7,939 bases of DNA, from assembly GCA_033442325.1 (NCBI GenBank), contig JAWQFM010000027.1:394557-402495 (forward strand), in the 5' to 3' direction. Of this stretch, positions 1 to 6,657 are shown piece after piece. How positions within the stretch are numbered: position 1 is the stretch's first letter; every line of letters begins with the position of its first letter. This DNA comes from Salpingoeca rosetta. Lineage: Eukaryota; Protista; Choanoflagellata. The translations under genes were made by a program, and so were the position numbers. The notes under the pieces are model-generated. The model worked only from the letters and a program-made list of their open reading frames with translations. It was not told the origin of the DNA and did not search any database.

Positions 1-25
1 AAAAAAAAAAAAAAAAGTGAGTGTA

Positions 26-27
<2 letters not shown>

Positions 28-67
<40 letters not shown>
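28..67. repeat. (GT)n microsatellite, intronic
   Basis: About 20 perfect GT units. Confidence 0.95.
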
Positions 68-144
68 ACTCATTTTGCGTGTCCTTGCCCAAGTTACCGC
101 CCCTTCTCACGACGCATGCTCGTTTGGGTGTGTCGTCTTGACAG

Positions 145-212
145 GAACAAAGTACGGTACGTCACCGAGTACGTTGACCTCGACCTCACATACATCACGC
201 CCCGCATCATAG
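145..212 (+). CDS. Tensin/PTEN-like gene, exon A ([22 protein letters not shown])
   Basis: acag| acceptor at 141-144 and |gtacgt donor at 213. Resembles the PTEN N-terminal RNKRRY...DLDLTYI motif. Confidence 0.9.
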
Positions 213-437
213 GTACGTGCGTGTGTCTGTCTGCCTGCCTGCCTGCCTGCCTGTCTGCCTGTCTGTCTGTGTGAGTGAGTGAGTGAGTGAGTGAGGGTTG
301 GCGCTATGGCTCGTTGTGTTTGTTGCCACCGCGATTGTGAACGATACCCCGGCTCACCACCTCCTCCGCTGCCTGAATCGCACAGCCATGTCATTTCCCG
401 CCTCTGGCCTGGAGGCCGCGTACCGCAACAACCTCAA

Positions 438-487
<50 letters not shown>

Positions 488-1097
488 GTGCATGTGTGCG
501 TGTGTGTATGTGTACATGTGTGTGTGTGCGTGTGCGTGTGTGCGCGTGCGTGATGCGACCCACATCATACTTGCTTTGAGCTGCACCGTTCCCGGTCAGC
601 AGAGGTGCCCCCATACAATCACCAAACTACCACGCCTTAACCCTCCTTCCCACCACCACCACCATTACCACCGTACCATCACAGATGTTGCGGCGATGCT
701 GCGTGCCCGCCATGGCGACCACTACCTCGTCTTCAACGTCTCGGAGAAGGAGTACGACATTTCAAAACTCAACCACCAGGTTGGGCGACTTGCATGGTTG
801 CATTGCATCTTGCATGTACGCGCACCTATGCACGTGTGATGCATGCGCCCATGTGCCGTTGTGCCTGCTACATCGTGCGTGGCGTCAACCCTTCCTCACA
901 TCAATGCTGCCAATGTTGTCCTCCAACCACATCATCCCCAACCAAACCACCACCATCACCACCACGAAGGTGCTTGACTTTGGATGGCCGGATCACATGG
1001 CCCCGCCCCTCGAGCGTCTCTGCAGGTGAGACAAGAATGGTGATGACATTGCTCTGATGATAACAGTGATGAAGACAACGTTTGTATTTGTACGCAC

Positions 1098-1161
<64 letters not shown>

Positions 1162-2215
1162 GCAGCGTGATCACGTCGATGGGCTCGTGGCTGGACAGCG
1201 ACCCGTCCAACGTCGTGGTCGTGCACTGCAAAGGCGGCAAAGGGCGAACGGGCGTTGTCGTCGCCGCCTACTTCAGCTACATGCGCCTCTTCCCGAAGTA
1301 AGCACCAGGCTGCTGCGTTTTATTTTGTGTGTCTGTGTGTGTCTGTGTGTCTGTGTATATACCTGTGTGTGTCTTCGTCTGCATTACGCTGTCTATTTGT
1401 ATGACACCATGCTCCATCGTGCCATCATCGTCATCGCCATTTCCAATCATTCTTGTAAACATCATGTCTCGCGTGCATTGCAGGGCCGACGACGCCATGT
1501 TGCACTTTGCACTCAAGAGGTGCGCTTAATTGCCCGTTTCCACACTGCGTTGCCGCCGTCTCTCTTGTGAAGTCTGTTCAGCGCGTTCTTCACAACAGCC
1601 GCTGGCCTGTTTCCCTCCACATCACTGCTCACCTGACGACACAACACAATGCATCTCAACACACTTCAACACACTTCAACACACCGCGTGCAGGTTCAAC
1701 AATGCGGAGGAAGTTGGGGACGTTGGCGTGACGAATCCATCGCAGCGGCGATACGTCAACTATTTCCAGCACATCGTCACAGGCGCCCTGCAGGTGGACA
1801 CAAGTTCCGATTGTGTGTGCGTGTGCGTGTGGGTGTGCGAATTGGGTGCAAAGTACCGCTCGTCGTTGACCATTCTCCTTGCCGGCTTTGTGCACTCACT
1901 GACTCACTCACTGACTCGCTCACTGACTCACACACACACAAACACACACACGCACAATGATGCAAACGCGCAAACACTCCATGCACGACCGCCACCATCA
2001 TCGTCGTCATCAACATCAGGTGTGGCCGCGGCCACTGCGACTGCTGCACGTGATCATGCAGACTGTGCCGCACTTTGACAAGAACAAGGGCTGCCGACCC
2101 GTCCTCGCCATCTACGAGGTGTGTGTGTGTGTGTGTGTGTGTGTCTGTGTGTCTGTGTGTCTGTGTGTGTGTGTGTGTGTCTGTGTGTCTGTGCGTGCGT
2201 GTGTGTGTTTGTGTC

Positions 2216-2271
<56 letters not shown>

Positions 2272-2945
2272 GCTCTGTGTGTGAATAAGTGATTGAACTA
2301 TTCTAGTGCAAGCAGTTCGTTGTTGCCAAGCTTTGAGCACATGTTCAAGTCCCACTTGCGCTCTGTCCCCTCACCTCCCTTTCCTCCTCTCCAACCACTC
2401 ACAACGCCCATACTACACCGAAAGGATGTGTCACGGGAGGTGTACCGGACACAGGAGCCGCTACAGTACTTTGCAAAGTCGGACCGATTCATGAGTTTAC
2501 ACATCAACGCAGACGTCGGCATCATTCTCAGGGTGGGATGGATGCACCTTTTTGCTTGACACGAGACGTGCGGGCTGGGTGGGACATTCACGCACAAGTG
2601 TTTCTCACTCCAACACACTCGTACACACACACACATGCACACTTGCACATACACACACACTTTAACGCTTACCGTCACGCACACACACGCACACACACAC
2701 ACCTTCACCCCACTCCCAACCCCCCCCCCCGCAGGGCGACATTACGATCAAGCTGTGGCACCGGAGCCGCCACGGGAACGACCACTTGGTGCTGCGCTGT
2801 CAGATACACACGTGCGCCGTCGACGGCGATGTGCTCACGCTCGAGAAGCCCCAACTCGGTTGGTCGCACTGGCGGTGACGCCTGCTTTGGTTGCGTGCGT
2901 GTCTGTGTGTGTGTGTGTGTGTGTCTCTGTCTGTGTGTCTGTGTC

Positions 2946-3016
<71 letters not shown>

Positions 3017-5961
3017 CCTGTTGCTGTGATACTTGCGCTTTTTCACACCATGCTCACTCATCAATGGTGCTTGTTTTGTCTCCTTGCCGCAGACGAGGCG
3101 TATCGCGATAAACGCGTGGAGGACACGGCCAACCTCACCCTCGTCTTCCAGCCAATCTCCGCCGTACGTCTGCCCACCTGTGCAGCCGCATGTGTGTGTG
3201 TGTGTGTGTGTGTGTAGTGTGTGTGTGTGTGTGTGTGTAGTGTGTGTGTGTGTGTGTGTGTGTGTGTATTTCCGTGTATATTGTGTGTGTGTGTGTATCT
3301 CTTTGCGTGTGTCTGTGTTTGTCTGCCAATGTGACTGCCAATGTGACTGCCAATATGACTGCCAATGTGACTGCCAATGTCCGTCGTGTGCTGGTTGTGG
3401 CTTTGTGCCCTGTCTCATCCGCGACCGTGCATATTCTTTCCCCCCCCCCCACACACACACACAATCTTCGATTGCAGACACCAAGCAAAGAGGCGCTCAA
3501 CAACAGCGCGAGTGCCGCGCTTTTCAAACGTGTGCAGGAAATGTTCCCGCCCACGCATTCAGACTCAGCTACCAACGGCGGCGATACGGGCAGCGTTGCA
3601 AGCGCCGCTGTTGGGCGCATCCCCCTCGTGTCGGACCACGTGCACGTTGTGGATGATGACAGCGGTGGCGATGACGTTGAGAGAACTGTCACTGATGACG
3701 ATGATGATGATGATGACGAGGAGGAGGAGGAGGAGGAGGAGGAGGAGGAGGAGGAGGAGGAGGAGGAGGAGGATGGCCACAGCAGCGATGAAGAGGACGA
3801 TGATGCGAGTGGTCGTGGTCGTGGTGATAATGATGGTGATGATCAAGGCTGCAACGCACAGGCACACGGTGTTGCTGCGTCATCAAGCCCGCTGCCTGTG
3901 CGCACGCCGCCGCGCACCCCAACGCAACAGAAACAGAAACAAAAGGAGGAAGAAGAGGAGGAATTTGGTGCTTTGCTGAACAAGGGCCGTGTACCCAGCA
4001 GCCCCTTTGATAATGGCGGTGGCGAGCTTGTGTCGTACAGTCTTCCCTCCACCCCGTTTCGCACCTCGCATCACAGCAGCCCGAGCTCATCATCAAAGCC
4101 TCAGCCAACTGCAGTGGCAATAGCAACAGCAACAGCAGCAACCACGCAATGTGTCAACAAGGACGCCAGCAGCTGCAGCAGCAGTGACATGAGCATGAAT
4201 GCCACCGCGGCTGGCAGTGACAGCAGCAAGACCAAGACCAAGTCTAAGATCAGCACCACCAACACCACCAGTCGAGTCGGGTTAACATCGCTTGGCCGTG
4301 ACGCAAGCTTTCGCCGCTCTGCTCTCCGTCGCCGCCCCCAACACGCGCACACTCACACGCACACGCGCACGCACACGCGCGGGCACCGGCGGTCGCTGTC
4401 GTTTGACCCGTCCAACCCGTTTTCAGCGTCATTTGATGAGCAGCAGCAGCAGGAGAGGAGGAAAGGGGAGGAGGAGAAGAAAACAAATTTGAAGAAGAAG
4501 GAAAAAGAAAAGGAAGTGGGAGAGGATGTGGGCAGCGGTGGTGGTGCGAAGCAGCGTGTTGGAGGTGATCGTTGCGAGGAGAGAGAAGAAGGCTCGCAAG
4601 CAGTGAGCAGTGGCAGGGAGGGCAGAAGTGCGACTTCAGACAAACAACAGCAGCACGGATCACAAGCACACTCGATCATCAGCAGCGAGGCAAGTGGGGA
4701 TGCAGCGGGTGACGCGTGGTCTGTGCGCCAGTCCAGCGTGTTCACGTCATCCTCACTCGACAGCAGCGCTGCTGACGATTTTATCACAATGGCAGAGCGT
4801 GACCAACGTGCACATGGAGACGATGCTGGTGATGGTGATGGTGACGGTGATGGTGATCGTGATGGTGGTGGTGATGGTGGTGTTGTGGCGGTGGAAGGAA
4901 AGGGAGGGCGGCAACGCCGTGTGGCGCGAAATCCGTTTGCACGCGACAGTCATCTCCCCTTGCAGCGTCAGTCACGTGTGGCTGAACCCAAACGTGGTAG
5001 CGAGGATGATGGTGGTGACAGCAGCACCAACAACAACAGCACCAGCAACACCAACAACAGCAACAGCAACAGCAGGAGTAGCAGCTCGGATGACGATGGT
5101 GACAAAGGCCCTGGTTGCGAGAGTGGACAAGCGACTGCACGTGGTGATGGACGGGAAGTGGCGCCGCCTGTATCGCCCACACCGTTATCACCGTCACAAC
5201 CAACAACGACAACGACAACGACAACGATGACACAACCACCTCCACCGCACGTGTCAGCATTGCCTAGGATGGCGACGGCTGCAGCGGCAATGCCCCGTGA
5301 ACACGAGCAGGCCGCGTGGTTCTTCGGCCGCATGTCGACACAGGCGGCAGAGCGGCTGCTGCTGGAGAAGGCGGAACCGTCAACGTTCGTCGTGCGCCAG
5401 TCAGCACGCACTGGTGGCCGCAGCCGTGAGGATGGTTGTGGTGGTGGTGTTGGTTGTGGTGGTGTTGGGAACGGCGGAGGTAAGAGCCGCGGCAGCAAGA
5501 GGGCTGGTCAATCCGCCGGTGATGGTGGTGATGACAGACATGTTTCGACCACTGATGGCTTGGCCAACCACGACAACAGAACCAATGGCAACAATAGTAG
5601 CAGTCACAGGAGCAGCGCGACTGCTACTTCCTCTTCCCACCAGGGCGGCGGCGGTGGTGGTGGTGGCAACCATGATGATGGCGCGGTGTTTCAGCTGTCT
5701 GTGCGCACGCCGACGCGTGTTGTCCACTATGACGTGGTGTGGCAGGCTGGGCTGGGGCGGTTCGCGCTGCAAGGCAAAGGCAGTTTTCCTTCGCTGTCGG
5801 ACCTTGTTCGCCACTTCCAGAAGCACGCGCTTGCCTACAGCTCTGGTTGCCCCGTGCTGCTGGGTGAGGGCTATGGCGTGCGGGGATTACTGCCGTCGTC
5901 CTCGTCCACCGTGACCACCCCGACCCGCCGCACACTCATCTCCCTCAAGCGCACCACATGA
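145..5961 (+). CDS. Tensin-like / PTEN-family phosphatase-C2-SH2 protein (spliced, 12 exons in window, N-terminus upstream of window)
   Basis: Manual splicing across 11 GT-AG introns with matching phases gives [213 protein letters not shown]...[14 protein letters not shown]...RCQIHTCAV...[10 protein letters not shown]...LVF. This is colinear with the tensin/PTEN PTP-C2 module. An SH2 follows near the C-terminus; stop TGA at 5959-5961. Confidence 0.93.
223..295. repeat. Compound tetranucleotide microsatellite (GTCT/GCCT then GAGT) in the intron after exon A
   Basis: ctgcctgcctgcc... followed by gtgagtgagtgag... Confidence 0.9.
386..439 (+). CDS. Exon B ([18 protein letters not shown])
   Basis: cacag| acceptor, |gtgtgt donor, phase 1-1. 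AMxFP..LE..YRNN PTEN-family motif. Confidence 0.92.
440..552. repeat. (GT)n microsatellite starting at the splice donor
   Basis: Perfect then degenerate GT/GC/AT alternation. Confidence 0.95.
685..779 (+). CDS. Exon C ([32 protein letters not shown])
   Basis: acag| acceptor, |gttggg donor, phase 1-0. Tensin-like ML..HG..YL.FN.SE..YDI.KL. Confidence 0.92.
970..1025 (+). CDS. Exon D ([18 protein letters not shown]), WPD loop
   Basis: aag| acceptor, |gtgaga donor, phase 0-2. Tensin-like FGWPD..P.LE..C. Confidence 0.92.
1100..1164. repeat. (CA)n microsatellite abutting the splice acceptor
   Basis: About 29 AC units, then gcacgcag. Confidence 0.95.
1166..1297 (+). CDS. Exon E with catalytic P-loop [10 protein letters not shown]
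   Basis: cgcag| acceptor, |gtaagc donor, phase 2-2. Encodes [44 protein letters not shown] with CX5R at 1227-1247. This frame is missing from the ORF track. Confidence 0.95.
1484..1519 (+). CDS. Exon F, 36-nt microexon ([13 protein letters not shown])
   Basis: tgcag| acceptor, |gtgcgc donor, phase 2-2. Matches tensin ADQALDRFAMKR. Confidence 0.88.
1694..1793 (+). CDS. Exon G ([33 protein letters not shown]), TI loop
   Basis: tgcag| acceptor, |gtggac donor, phase 2-0. PSQRRYV hallmark of PTEN/tensin. Confidence 0.9.
2020..2118 (+). CDS. Exon H, start of PTEN-type C2 ([33 protein letters not shown])
   Basis: atcag| acceptor, |gtgtgt donor, phase 0-0. Matches tensin PLFLHHVIMHGIPNF...GCRPFLRIY. 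Confidence 0.92.
2119..2267. repeat. (GT)n/(GTCT) microsatellite starting at the splice donor
   Basis: About 150 nt GT-alternating tract. Confidence 0.95.
2425..2532 (+). CDS. Exon I, C2 domain ([36 protein letters not shown])
   Basis: aaag| acceptor, |gtggga donor, phase 0-0. VY.T and GIILR lead into GDI. The acceptor position is slightly uncertain. Confidence 0.8.
2735..2858 (+). CDS. Exon J, C2 domain ([41 protein letters not shown])
   Basis: C-run then gcag| acceptor, |gttggt donor, phase 0-1. GDI..K..H and R.Q.HTC PTEN-C2 motifs. Confidence 0.92.
2893..3013. repeat. (GT)n microsatellite, intronic
   Basis: Long GT tract. Confidence 0.95.
3093..3163 (+). CDS. Exon K, end of C2 ([24 protein letters not shown])
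   Basis: Pyrimidine tract plus cgcag| acceptor, |gtacgt donor, phase 1-0. Matches LD.A..D.RF....V..VF. Confidence 0.9.
3323..3380. repeat. 12-bp minisatellite (CTGCCAATGTGA) x ~4.8, intronic
   Basis: Units start at 3323, 3335, 3347 (one G>A), 3359 and 3371 (partial). Confidence 0.93.
3478..5961 (+). CDS. Large terminal exon: acidic/Ser/Gly/Pro-rich disordered linker plus SH2 domain
   Basis: ttgcag| acceptor in frame (phase 0) with the 905-aa ORF 3244..5961. About 2.5 kb uninterrupted ORF without long dinucleotide microsatellites. Small in-frame internal introns cannot be excluded. Confidence 0.82.
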   Translation, partial: TPSKEALNNSASAALFKRVQEMFPPTHSDSATNGGDTGSVASAAVGRIPLVSDHVHVVDDDSGGDDVERTVTDDDDDDDDEEEEEEEEEEEEEEEEEEDGHSSDEEDDDASGRGRGDNDGDDQGCNAQAHGVAASSSPLPVRTPPRTPTQQKQKQKEEEEEEFGALLNKGRVPSSPFDNGGGELVSYSLPSTPFRTSHHSSPSSSSKPQPTAVAIATATAATTQCVNKDASSCSSSDMSMNATAAGSDSSKTKTKSKISTTNTTSRVGLTSLGRDASFRRSALRRRPQHAHTHTHTRTHTRGHRRSLSFDPSNPFSASFDEQQQQERRKGEEEKKTNLKKKEKEKEVGEDVGSGGGAKQRVGGDRCEEREEGSQAVSSGREGRSATSDKQQQHGSQAHSIISSEASGDAAGDAWSVRQSSVFTSSSLDSSAADDFITMAERDQRAHGDDAGDGDGDGDGDRDGGGDGGVVAVEGKGGRQRRVARNPFARDSHLPLQRQSRVAEPKRGSEDDGGDSSTNNNSTSNTNNSNSNSRSSSSDDDGDKGPGCESGQATARGDGREVAPPVSPTPLSPSQPTTTTTTTTMTQPPPPHVSALPRMATAAAAMPREHEQAAWFFGRMSTQAAERLLLEKAEPSTFVVRQSARTGGRSREDGCGGGVGCGGVGNGGGKSRGSKRAGQSAGDGGDDRHVSTTDGLANHDNRTNGNNSSSHRSSATATSSSHQGGGGGGGGNHDDGAVFQLSVRTPTRVVHYDVVWQAGLGRFALQGKGSFPSLSDLVRHFQKHALAYSSGCPVLLGEGYGVRGLLPSSSSTVTTPTRRTLISLKRTT
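3694..3771 (+). repeat. Coding trinucleotide repeat (GAY)8(GAG)18 = D8E18
   Basis: Perfect GAG x18 at 3718-3771, in frame. Confidence 0.95.
5317..5874 (+). other. SH2 domain, split by a low-complexity insertion at about 5413-5676
   Basis: [29 protein letters not shown] (betaA, alphaA, FLVRES-like betaB), then [19 protein letters not shown]...[24 protein letters not shown]...VLL (betaC, betaD, alphaB). Confidence 0.88.
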
Positions 5962-6133
5962 TGTGCCGTTTGTTTGTTTTGTTTTGTTTGTTTTGTTTGT
6001 TTTGTTTGTGTGTGTGTGTGTGTATGTCTGTCTGTCTGTCTGTCTCTGTGTGTGTGATATCAGCTTGGCACGTCGACGTGTCGTTCTTGTCAGCGTATTT
6101 GTGTACATGTAGGTTCGACCATGACAAGACAGC

Positions 6134-6189
6134 AGCTTGCTGCTTGATGCTTGATGCTTGATGCTTGCTGCTTGATGCTTGATGCTTGT
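6134..6189. repeat. 7-bp tandem repeat (TGCTTGA/C) x ~8 between the convergent stop codons
   Basis: tgcttga units at 6141, 6148, 6155, 6169 and 6176, with variants in between and at the ends. Confidence 0.9.
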
Positions 6190-6419
6190 TGTGTCTATGT
6201 ACAGCAACTTGTGTAAACGAACAACCATGCACGGCAGAGTGTCCACAGGACACGAGAAGCAAATACGCGTGCACTTGCGCATGGACAGACATGTTTGATG
6301 AATCAGCTGTCAAACCAGACAAAACTCTGATCACCTTTACAAGCAGCAGGACGCAGGCATGGACCGGTTCACACGAGGGGCGGGGCAGGTGGTTATGTGA
6401 CAATGTGCATGGGTTTGAG

Positions 6420-6620
6420 TTACTGTTTCGGGATGATGACGGGCGCAGTTGGACCGGAGGCTTGTGCCCATTTACTTCGATCTTCCAGCTTGGGCCACAG
6501 CCGATCGGGCGGGACCGCTGGCTCAACGCCTGTCACCACAACCAAATTTGTGTGTGTGTGCGCGCGCGCGTGTGTGCGTGTGAGTGCGTGTGTGTGCGCG
6601 CACGCGGTGTGTGCGTGTGA

Positions 6621-6657
<37 letters not shown>

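Noticed and set aside
1-22. A16 followed by GTGAGT as a poly(A) tail, retro-element end, or upstream exon/donor
   Set aside because: Truncated by the window edge with no element or target-site duplication visible. A poly-Lys exon end cannot be supported.
3244-3477. 5' extension of the 905-aa ORF (ANVT repeats) as an independent gene start
   Set aside because: It begins inside a GT microsatellite at a non-ATG codon. An in-phase acceptor ending at 3477 links it to the upstream C2 exon.
5480-5643. Intron GTAAGA...CAG inside the SH2 insertion
   Set aside because: At 164 nt it is not a multiple of 3, so removal would frameshift away the conserved second half of the SH2.
3565-5935. Antisense and alternate-frame ORFs over the large exon
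   Set aside because: Shadow ORFs of GC-rich, triplet-repeat coding sequence with no recognisable domains.
3323-6189. CRISPR-like or telomeric interpretation of the 12-mer and 7-mer arrays
   Set aside because: Head-to-tail units without spacers, a eukaryotic context, and not TTAGGG-like.
6186-6620. + strand 144-aa ORF as a PTB exon or separate gene
   Set aside because: No PTB-like motifs recognised. It overlaps the terminal exon of the - strand gene and runs into a microsatellite.
6549-6620. Z-DNA-prone purine-pyrimidine alternation with (CG)5
   Set aside because: Alternating tracts occur throughout the window, so nothing singles this one out as functional.
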